The position numbers and the translations under genes are program-made. Of a DNA stretch of 64,000 nt, positions 50,801 through 62,800 are shown piece by piece. The notes under the pieces were generated by a model, which saw only the letters and a program-made list of their open reading frames with translations, ran no database searches and had not been told where the DNA came from. Source of the DNA: Escherichia coli (lineage in GTDB: Bacteria; Pseudomonadota; Gammaproteobacteria; Enterobacterales; Enterobacteriaceae); NCBI RefSeq assembly GCF_011045215.1, contig NZ_CP049201.1; one strand, written 5' to 3'. Every line of letters begins with the position of its first letter. Position 1 is the first letter of the stretch.

Positions 50801-53800
50801 GGTGGCAACCGATGATATTATTAACGCCGCCGAAGCGGGCGTGGCGCAAACCATCAGCGGGCAGGTGACTGGAACCGCCGTTGGCGACGCGGTAACCGTG
50901 ACGCTGGGCGGTAATACCTACACCACCACCGTGCAGGCCGGCTTAAGCTGGAGCGTGGACGTTCCGGCGGACGCTATTCAGGCGCTGGGTAATGGCGATT
51001 TAACGGTTAATGCCTCGGTCACCAATCAAAACGGCAACACCGGCAGCGGCACGCGGGATATCACCATCGACGCCAATCTGCCCGGCCTGCGGGTCGATAC
51101 GGTGGCGGGCGATGATGTGGTCAATATCATCGAGCACGGGCAGGCGCTGGTGATTACCGGCAGCAGTTCGGGGCTGGCAGAAGGCACGCCGCTTACCGTT
51201 ACGATTAATAATGTGGAATACACCACTGCGGTGCAGGCCGATGGTAGCTGGAGCGTGGGCGTCACGGCGGCGCAGGTTAGCGCCTGGCCTGCGGGGACGG
51301 TTAATATTGCCGTGTCCGGGGAAAGTAGCGCCGGAAATCCGATAAGCATTACGCATCCGGTAACGGTGGATCTCACTCCGGCGGCTATCACCATCAACAC
51401 TATCGCCACGGACGATGTGATTAACGCTGCAGAAAAAGGGGCTAATTTAACTCTTTCCGGCACCACCACTAACGTAGAAGCAGGGCAAACCGTCACTGTC
51501 ACCTTTGGCGGTAAAAATTACACCGCCAGCGTGGCGGGCGATGGTAGCTGGACTGCCACCGTTCCCGCCGCCGATCTGGCGGCATTACCGGAAGGCAGCG
51601 CCTCCGCTCAGGCCAGCGTCAGCAATATCAACGGCAATAGCGCCTCGGCGGTGCATAACTACAGCGTCGACAGCAGCGCGCCAACCATCATTATCAATAC
51701 CGTCGCCAGCGACAATATCGTCAACGCCAGCGAAGCCGATGCGGGTGTGACGGTGAGCGGCAGCACCACCGCTGAAGCGGGGCAGATTGTTACGGTAACG
51801 CTCAATAGCCCGACCGTGCAGACGTATCAGGCAACGGTACAGGCGGACGGCAGCTGGAGCATCAATATTCCGGCGGCAGATCTTGAGGCATTGACCGATG
51901 GCAGCCACACCCTGACCGCGACGGTCAATGACAAAGCGGGCAACCCGGCGAGCACCACGCATAATCTGGCGGTGGATCTCACCGTCCCGGTACTCACCAT
52001 CAATACCATTGCGGGCGATGACATTATTAACGCCGCCGAGCACGGACAGGCGCTGGTGATTTCTGGTTCCAGCACAGGCGGAGAGGCGGGAGATGTCGTC
52101 ACCGTCACGCTAAACAGTAAAACCTACACCACGACGCTGGATGCCTCCGGCAACTGGAGCGTCGGTGTTCCGGCGGCGGATGTCACCGCGCTGGGTAGCG
52201 GCCCGCAAACCATCACTGCCAGCATTACCGATGCGGCAGGTAATAGCGACAGCGAAACGCACACGGTCACCGTTAACCTTACCGCGCCGACCATTGGCAT
52301 TAACACCATCGCCACCGATGACGTGATTAATGCCACCGAAAAAGGCGCAGATCTGCAAATCTCCGGCACCAGTAATCAGCCAGCGGGCACCACGATTACG
52401 CTGACGTTTAACGGGCAAAATTACACCGCCACGACGGACGCCGCAGGTAACTGGAGCACCACGGTGCCAGCCTCTGCCGTCGGTGCGCTGGGCGAAGCCA
52501 GCTACACGGTGACGGCGAACGTCACCGACAGCGCAGGCAACAGCAATTCCGCCAGCCATAACGTGCAGGTCAATACCGCGCAGCCTGGCGTCACCATTAA
52601 TCCGGTTGCGACTGACGATATTATTAACGCCGCCGAATCGGGCAATGCGCAAACCATCAGCGGTCAGGTAACGGGCGCGGCGGCGGGCGATACCGTCACC
52701 GTGACGCTTGGCGGGAAAACCTACACGGCTACCGTGCAGGGGAATCTAAGCTGGAGCGTGGATGTTCCGGCTGCGGATATTCAGGCCATCGGTAATGGCG
52801 ACCTGACTGTTAACGCCTCAGTGACCAACGGCGTTGGCAATACCGGCAGCGGTTCGCGAGATATTACTATCGACGCCAACCTGCCTGGCCTGCGCGTCGA
52901 TACCGTGGCGGGCGATGATGTGGTTAACAGCATCGAACACGGTCAGGCACTGGTGATAACTGGTAGCAGCAGCGGGCTGGCGGTGGGCGCGGCGCTGACG
53001 GTGGTGATCAATAACGTCACCTATGGCGCGACAGTATTAGCCGATGGCACATGGAGCGTTGGTGTTCCGGCGGTAGACGTGAGTAACTGGCCTGCGGGTA
53101 CGGTGAATATCACGGTAAGTGGCACTAACACAGCCGGAACAACATCCACCATTACCCATCCGGTCACCGTCGATCTGGCGGCGGTGGTGATTTCCATTAA
53201 CACCATCTCCGGCGATGATGTGATTAACGCCGCCGAAAAAGGGGCAGATTTAACCCTTTCCGGCAGCACCTCCGGCGTAGAGCCAGGGCAAACGGTCACC
53301 GTCACCTTTGGCGGCAAAACCTACACCGCCACCGTAGCAGGCGATGGTAGCTGGACAACCACCGTACCTGCCGCCGATCTCAGCGTGTTACGCGACGGCG
53401 ACGCCACGGTACAGGCCAGCGTCAGCACTATTAACGGCAACACGGCTTCGGCAACCCACGCTTACAGCGTTGATGCCACTGCCCCGACGCTTGCCATTAA
53501 TACCATCGCCACCGACGATATTCTGAACGCCGCCGAGGCGGGCAATCCGCTAACCATCAGCGGCAGTAGCACCGCTGAAGCGGGGCAGACGGTAACTGTC
53601 ACGCTTAATGGCGTGACTTACACCGGCACCGTCCTGGCGGACGGGAGCTGGAGCGTCAGCGTGCCGACGGCGGATCTCAGCAATCTGACCGCCAGCCAGT
53701 ACACCGTCAGCGCCTCGGTAAACGATAAAGCGGGTAACCCGGCATCCACCACTCACGGGCTGGCGGTGGATCTCACCGTGCCGGTGCTGACCATCAACAC

Positions 53801-56800
53801 CGTCTCCGGCGATGACATTATTAACGCCGCCGAACACGGACAGGCGCTGGTGATCTCCGGCTCCAGTACTGGCGGCGAAGCGGGCGATGTCATCACCGTC
53901 ACGTTAAACAGTAAAACCTACACCACCACGCTGGATGCCTCCGGTAACTGGAGCGTCGGCGTTCCGGCGGCAGATGTCACCGCACTTGGCAGCGGCCCGC
54001 AAACCATCACGGCCACGATTACGGATATCGCGGGTAATAGCGATGATGCTAGCCGCACGGTCACCGTAAATCTCACCGCGCCAACCATTGGCATCAACAC
54101 CATCGCCACCGATGACGTGATTAACGCCACGGAAAAAGGCGCGGATCTGCAAATTACCGGCACCAGTAATCAGCCCGCGGGCACCACCATTACGGTGACG
54201 TTGAACGGGCAAAATTACACCGCTACTACCGATAGCAACGGCAACTGGAGCGCCACGGTGCCAGCGTCAGCGGTTAGCACGCTGGGTGAAGCTAACTACA
54301 CGGTAACCGCGAACGTCACCGACAGCGCAGGTAACAGCAATTCCGCCAGTCATAACGTGCTGGTCAACAGCGCCTTGCCTGCCGTCACCATTAACGCGGT
54401 GGCGACCGACGATATTATTAACGCTGCCGAAGCGGGCAATGCGCAAACCATCAGCGGGCAGGTGACGGGTGCCGCGGCGGGCGACACGGTTACCGTTACG
54501 CTGGGCGGCAACACCTACACCGCTACCGTACAGGCTAATTTAAGCTGGAGCGTTAGCGTGCCAGCGGCGGATATTCAGGCGCTGGGCAACGGCGACCTGA
54601 CAATTAATGCCTCGGTCACTAACGTCGTCGGCAACACCGGCAGCGGCTCGCGCGATATCACGATCGACGCCAATCTGCCTGGCTTACGGGTCGATACCGT
54701 GGCGGGCGATGATGTGATTAACAGCATTGAGCACAATCAGGCGCTGGTGATCACCGGTAGCAGCACCGGGCTGACGGCGGGAACGGCGTTAACGGTCGAG
54801 ATTAACAACGTTACTTATGGCGCGACGGTGTTAGCCGACGGCACATGGAACCTCGGTGTTCCGGCGGCAGACGTCAGCAACTGGCCTGCGGGTACGGTGG
54901 ATATCACGGTAAGCGGCACCAACAGCGCCGGAACAACCTCCACCATTACCCATCCGGTTACCGTCGATCTGTCGGCAGTCGCCATCACCATTAACACTCT
55001 CTCTGGTGATGATGTGATCAACGCCGTCGAAAAAGGCGAAACGCTGGTCGTAAGCGGCAGCACCAGCGGTGTCGAAGCCGGGCAAACGGTGACCGTCACC
55101 TTTGGCGGCAAAAATTACACCACCACTGTGGAAGCTAACGGTAGCTGGACGGTGAACGTACCGCCTGCCGATCTCGCTGCGCTACCGGACGGTGCGGGCA
55201 ACGTGCAGGCGAGTGTCAGCAACATCAACGGCAATAACGCCCAGGCGGATCGTACGTACAGCGTCGATGCCACCGCGCCACTTGTGACCATCAACACCAT
55301 CGCCAGCGACGATATCCTTAACGTGAGCGAAGCTGGCGCGGGGATCACCATCAGCGGCACTACCACGGCGCAGGCCGGGCAGACGCTGACCGTCACGCTC
55401 AATAATAACACGTACCAGACCACGGTTCAGGCGGATGGCACCTGGAGCGTGAATGTTCCGGCAGCGGATTTAAGCGGATTAACCGCCAGCAGTTACACCG
55501 TGACCGCCACGGTGAGCGACAAAGCGGGTAACCCGGCAAGCGCCGACCACGCGCTGGCGGTGGACGTTACCGCACCGGATCTCACCATTAATACCGTCGC
55601 GGGCGATGACATTATTAATGCCATCGAACACGGTCAGGCGCTGGTCGTCAGCGGAACCAGCACGGGCGCGGCGGCGGGTGATGTGGTCACGGTTAACCTG
55701 AACGGTAAAAACTACACCACCACGCTGGATGCCTCCGGTAACTGGAGCGTGGGCATTCCTGCGGTGGATGTGACGGCGCTGGCAACCGGCAACCAGACCA
55801 TTACCGCCAGCCTGAGCGATCGCGCGGGCAACAGCGACAGCACGACTCACAATGTGACCGTTGATCTCAGCGGCCCGACGCTGACCATCAACACCGTCTC
55901 CGGCGATGACATTATTAATAATGCGGAGAAAACCCAGGACTTGATCATCAGCGGCGGCTCCAGCGGTCTGGCGGCAGGCACTACGGTCACCGTGATGTTG
56001 AACGGCCTGGCGTACAGCGCTACTACCGACGGCTCCGGCAACTGGAGCGTTACCGTGCCTGCTTCTTCGGTTGGCGCGCTCGGCGAGGCGGTGTATCAGA
56101 TTAGCGCCAGCGCCACCGACAGCGCGGGCAACAGTGGCAGCACCACCCATACGGTGAATGTCGAATCGCTCCTGCCTGGGGTAATCATTAATACCGTGGC
56201 GGGCGATGACATTATCAACGCCGCTGAAATCGCTGTGGCGCAGACCATCAGCGGTCAGGTCACGGGGACGGCGGTTGCGGGTAATACGGTGATTGTCACC
56301 ATTGGCGGCAATCAATATAACGCCACCGTGCAGTCAGATTTAAGCTGGAGCGTCAGCGTACCTGCGAACGTTTTGCAGGCGCTGGGCAACGGTGAACTGA
56401 CCATCAGCGCCTCGGTGACTAATTCCGCAAATAATACCGGCACCACAACGCACGACATCGTGATAGATGCCAACCTGCCAGGTCTGCGCGTCGATACCGT
56501 GGCAGGCGATGATGTGATTAACAGCATCGAGCACACTCAGGCGTTGGTGATCACCGGTAGCAGTAGCGGACTGGCGGCGGGCGCGGCGTTGACGGTGGTT
56601 ATCAATAGCGTCACCTACGGCGCAACGGTTTTAGCGGATGGTAGCTGGAGCGTTGGTGTTCCGGCGGCAGATGTCACAAACTGGCCTGCGGGGACGGTCA
56701 ATATTGCCGTCTCTGGCACCAACACCGCCGGAACGACAACCAGTATTACCCATCCGGTGACCGTCGATCTCGCAGCCGTGGCGATCACCATCAACACCCT

Positions 56801-59800
56801 TTCCACTGACGATGTGATTAACGCCGCCGAAAAAGGCAGCGATTTGCAGCTCTCCGGCACCACCTCCGATGTGGAAGCGGGGCAAACCATCACCGTTATC
56901 TTCGGCGGCAAAAGCTACACCACCACGGTTGCCGCGGATAATACCTGGGGGCTGACGATCCCTGCCGCCGATGTTGCAACCTTGCCAGACGGCGCAGCAA
57001 ACGTCCAGGCCAGCGTCAGCAATGTCGCAGGGAACAGCGCCCAGGCAACGCATGCTTACAGCGTTGATGCCACTGCGCCCTCCGTTACCATCAACACCAT
57101 CGCCACGGACGATATTCTTAACGCCGCCGAAGCGGGATCGGCGCTGACCATCAGCGGCACCAGCACGGCGGAAGCCGGGCAGACGGTGACCGTAACGCTA
57201 AACGGCGTTAATTACAGCGGCAATGTGCAGGCAGACGGGAGCTGGAGCGTCAGCGTCCCGACCGGCGATTTAGCTAACCTCACTGCCAGCCCCTATACGG
57301 TGAGCGCAGCGGTCAGCGACAAAGCCGGAAATCTGGCTTCGGCGACGCATAACCTGACGGTGGACCTTGCCGCTCCGGTCGTCACCATTAACACGGTGGC
57401 GGGCGATGACATCATCAACGCCACGGAACACGGACAGGCGCAGATTATCAGCGGCTCGGCAACGGGCGCGACGACGGGTAACACGGTTTCCGTGACGATT
57501 GGCACGACCACCTACGCCACTGTGCTGGACGCCAACGGCAACTGGAGCATCGGCGTACCTGCCAGCGTGATTTCCGCACTGGCGCAGGGTGATGTAACCA
57601 TTACTGCCACGGTTACCGACTCCGCAGGCAACAGTGGCACGGCTTCGCACATTGTCAGCGTGGCGCTCGGCGCGCCGATACTCAGCATTAACACCATTGC
57701 CGTCGACGACATCCTCAACGCCACGGAGAAAGGTGCAGATCTGGCGATTACCGGCACCAGCAACCAGCCCGCGGGTACGCAGATTACCATTACGCTCAAC
57801 GGGCAAAATTACACCACCACTGCCGATGCATCCGGGAACTGGAGCGTAACCGTTCCGGCGTCACGGGTCAGCGCCCTCGGTGAAGCCACTTATACGGTGA
57901 CTGCCGCCGCCACTGACACCGATGGCAACAGCGGTTCCGCCAGCCATAATGTGCAGGTCAATACCGCGCTGCCGGGCGTCACCATTAACGTGGTGGCGAG
58001 CGACGATATTATTAACGCCGCCGAAGCGGGCGCGGGCCAGACCATCAGTGGGCAGGTGACGGGTGCTGCGGCAGGCGATACCGTTACCATAACGCTCGGC
58101 GGAGCGACTTACACCGCTACGGTGCAGGCGAATTTAAGCTGGAGCGTCGATGTTCCGGCCTCCGCGCTACAGGCGTTGGGCAACGGTGAGCTGACCATTT
58201 CGGCCTCGGTAACGAACAGCGTGGGCAATACAGGTAACGGCACGCGCGAAATCACCATCGACGCGAATCTCCCTGGTCTGCGGGTCGACACCGTGGCGGG
58301 CGATGACGTGGTCAACATTATCGAGCACAATCAGGCGCTGGTGATTACCGGCAGCAGCTCCGATCTGGCAGCGGGCAGCAACGTCACGCTGACCATAAAC
58401 GGGCAAACGTATGTTGCGGCGGTGCTGGCGGATGGCTCATGGAGCGTCGGCGTTCCGGCGGCAGATGTCAGCGCCTGGCCTGCGGGGAAGGTCACAATTA
58501 CGGCGAGCGGCAACACCACCGCCGGAAACCCGGTGAGCGTTACGCATCCGGTGACGGTCGATCTCACTGCGGTGGCGGTCAGCATCAACGCCATTACTGC
58601 CGATGACGTGATTAACGCTGCCGAAAAAGGCGCGGCGTTAACGCTCTCTGGCAGCACTACTGGTGTGGAGGCCGGACAAACGGTCACCGTCACCTTTGGC
58701 GGCAAAACTTACAGCGCCACGGTGGCTGCGAATGGTTCCTGGAGCACCTCGGTTCCGGCGGCAGATATGGCGGCCCTGCGTGATGGCGATGCCAGCGCAC
58801 AGGCCAGCGTCAGCAATGTTAACGGCAACAGCGCCACCACTACCCACGCATACAGCGTCGATGCCAGCGCGCCAACGGTGACCATTAACACCATTGCGGG
58901 CGACGACATTCTTAACGCCGCCGAAGCCGGAGCGGCGCTAACCATCACCGGCAGCAGCACGGCGGAAGTGGGGCAGACGGTGACCGTCACGCTCAATGGC
59001 GCAAACTATACCGGCACTGTACAGACGGACGGCAGCTGGAGCGTCAGTGTGCCGCCAGCCGACTTAAGCGCTCTGACCGCCAGCAACTACACCGTTAGCG
59101 CGGCGGTGAGCGACAAAGCCGGAAACCCGGCCTCGGTTAACCACAACCTGACGGTGGATACTTCCGTTCCGGTCGTCACCATCAACACGGTGGCAGGCGA
59201 TGATGTGATCAACGCGACGGAACACGCCCAGGCGCAGATCATCAGCGGCTCCGCCACGGGAGCGGTAACCGGTAGCACCGTGACGGTGACTATCGGCACA
59301 AATACCTTTACCACGGTGCTGGATGCCAGCGGCAACTGGAGCGTCGGCGTCCCGGCAAGCGTCGTCTCGGCACTGGCGAACGGCACGGTGACCATTAACG
59401 CCAGCGTCACTGATGCCGGAGGAAACAGCGGCAGCACCACCCATCAGGTGACGGTCAATACCGGGCTGCCGACCATTACCTTTAACGCTATCAGCGGCGA
59501 TAACGTCCTGAACGCCGATGAAAAAGGCCAGCCGTTGACCATCAGCGGTAGCAGTACGGGGCTGGCGACGGGCGCGCAGGTTACCGTCTCGCTCAACGGT
59601 CACAACTACAGTGCTACCACCGACGCAGCAGGCAACTGGACCTTAACCGTGCCGGTGAGCGATCTGGCGGCTCTAGGCCAGGCCAACTATACCGTCAGCG
59701 CCAGCGCCACCAGTGCGGCGGGCAACACCGCCAGCAGCCAGGCGAATTTACTGGTCGACAGCGGCCTGCCGGGCGTCACCATCAACACCGTAGCGGGCGA

Positions 59801-62800
59801 CGATATTATCAACGCCGCCGAAGCGGGGGCCGATCAAACCATCAGCGGGGTGGTGACTCGCGCCGCCGCAGGCGATACGGTCACCGTGACGCTGGGCGGC
59901 AACACTTACACAGCGCAGGTTCAGGCCGATTTAAGCTGGAGCGTCACCGTTCCGGCAGCCGATTTCCAGGCGCTGGGCAATGGTGATTTGACCATTACCG
60001 CCTCGGTCACCAACGCGAATGGCAACACTGGCAGCGGCACGCGGGATATCACCATTGACGCCAACCTGCCTGGGCTGCGGGTGGATACCGTGGCGGGCGA
60101 TGATATCGTCAACAGTATCGAGCACGGGCAGGCGCTGGTGATCACCGGCGGCAGTAGCGGCCTGAATGCAGGTGCTGTGCTGACGGTTACCATCAACAGT
60201 GTGGCGTATTCCGCCACGGTACAGGCGGACGGGAGCTGGAGCGTCGGCATTTCGGCGGCAAGCGTCAGCGCCTGGCCTGCGGGGCCGTTAACCGTTGATG
60301 TGGCAGGACAGAGCAGCGCCGGAAATCCGGTCAGCGTCAGCCATCCGTTCACCGTCGATTTAACTTCGGTGGCTATCAGCATCAACACCGTTGCCAGCGA
60401 CGACGTAATTAACGCCGCCGAGAAAGGCACCGACCTGACCCTTTCCGGCAGCACCAGCGGGATTGAAAGTGGGCAAACCGTTACCGTCACCTTTGGCGGT
60501 AAAACCTACACCGCAAGCGTCGCCGCCAATGGAAGCTGGAGCGTAACGGTTCCGGCGGCGGATCTGGCAGCTCTGCCAGACGGCGCGGCGAACGTGCAGG
60601 CCAGCGTCAGCAGCGCGAGCGGCAATAGCGCCTCAGCGACTCATGCGTACAGCGTTGACGCCAGCGCGCCGACGCTCACCATTAACACCATCGCCAGCGA
60701 TGACATCCTTAACGCGGCAGAGGCGGGAAATCCGCTGACCATCAGCGGCACCAGCACCGCCGAAACCGGGCAGACGGTGACCGTCACCCTTAACGGCGCA
60801 ACCTACAGCGGTAATGTGCAGGCAGATGGTAGCTGGAGCGTCAGCGTTCCCACTTCAGCCCTGGGCGCGCTCACCGCAAGCAATTATACCGTCAGCGCCA
60901 CCGTCAACGACAAAGCGGGTAACCCCGGCAGCGCCAGCCATAATCTGGTGGTAGACACCACCGCGCCGGTTCTTACCATAAATACCGTGGCGGGCGATGA
61001 CATCATCAACGATGCCGAACATGCGCAGGCGCTGGTGATCTCCGGCACCAGTAGCGGCGGGGAAGCGGGCGATGTGGTGAGCGTTGTGCTCAACGGCAAA
61101 ACCTACACCACCACCCTGGATGCCTCCGGCAACTGGAGCGTCGGCGTTCCGGCGGCGGATGTTACGGCACTCGGTAGCGGTGCGCAGACCATCACCGCCA
61201 GCGTCAGCGATCGGGCAGGCAACAGCGACGACGCCAGCCGCACCGTCACCGTTAGCCTCAGCGCGCCAGTGATTAGCATCAACACCATCGCGGGCGATGA
61301 TGTGATCAACGCGACGGAAAAAGGATCCGATCTGGCGCTTTCCGGCACCAGCGATCAGCCTGCGGGTACGGCGATCACCGTCACGCTGAACGGACAAAAC
61401 TACAGCGCCACTACCGACGCCTCCGGCAACTGGAGCGTTACTGTGCCCGCCTCGGCGGTCAGTGCGCTGGGCGAAGCGACCTACAGCGTCACGGCGAGCG
61501 TCACCAATGCCCAGGGCAACAGCAGCACCGCCAGCCATAACGTGCAGATCAATACCGCGCTGCCGGGCGTCACCCTTAATCCGGTGGCGACGGACGATAT
61601 TATCAATGCCGCCGAAGCGGGCAGCGCACAAACCATCAGCGGCCAGGTAACCGGGGCGGCGGCGGGCAGTACCGTCACCGTTGAACTGGGCGGTAAAACT
61701 TACACCGCCATCGTCCAGGCTGATTTAAGCTGGAACGTGAGCGTACCAGCCGCCGACTGGCAGGCGCTGGGTAACGGTGAGTTAACCGTTAACGCCTCGG
61801 TCACCAACGCCGTTGGCAACACCGGCAGCGGCACGCGCGATATCACCATCGATGCCAGTCTGCCTGGCCTGCGGGTGGATACCGTCGCGGGTGATGATGT
61901 GGTCAATATCATCGAACACAGTCAGGCGCAGGTGATCACCGGCAGCAGCTCTGGCTTTGCGGCGGGCACGGCGCTGACGGTGGTGGTAAATAACCAAACT
62001 TACGCCGCCACGGTGCTGGCGAACGGCAGCTGGAGCGTCGGCGTTCCGGCGGCGGATGTCAGCAACTGGCCTGTGGGAACGCTGAATATTAGCGTTAGCG
62101 GCGCAAACAGTGCCGGAACGCAAACCAGCATTACCCATCCGCTGACTGTTGATCTCACGACCGTCGCCGTCAGCATGAACAGCATCACCAGCGATGATGT
62201 GATTAACGCCGCCGAAAAAGGCGCGGCGCTAACGCTCTCCGGCAGCACGTCTGGCGTCGAAGCGGGGCAAACCGTCACCGTCACCTTTGGCGGCAAAACC
62301 TACACCTCCACGGTGGCGGCTAACGGTAGCTGGAGCACCACCGTTCCGGTTGCGGATATGGCGGCGCTGCGTGACGGCGATGCCAGCGCCCAGGTGCGGG
62401 TGACTAACGTCAACGGCAACAGCGCCACGGCAACGCACGAATACAGCGTCGATAGCGCCGCGCCAACGGTCACCATCAACACCATTGCCAGCGATAACAT
62501 CATCAACGCCAGCGAAGCGGCGGCGGGCGTAACGGTGTCCGGCACCAGCACGGCGGAAACCGGGCAGACGCTCACCGTCACGCTTAACGGCACTAACTAC
62601 CAGACCACGGTGCAGGCAGACGGCAGCTGGAGTTTAACGCTGCCCGCCAGCGACTTAACCGCACTGGCTAATAACGGCTACACCCTGACCGCCACGGTCA
62701 GCGATCTGGCGGGTAACCCTGGCAGCGCCAGCAAAGGCGTGACCGTCGATACCACTGCGCCGGTGATCAGTTTTAACACCGTGGCGGGCGATGATGTGAT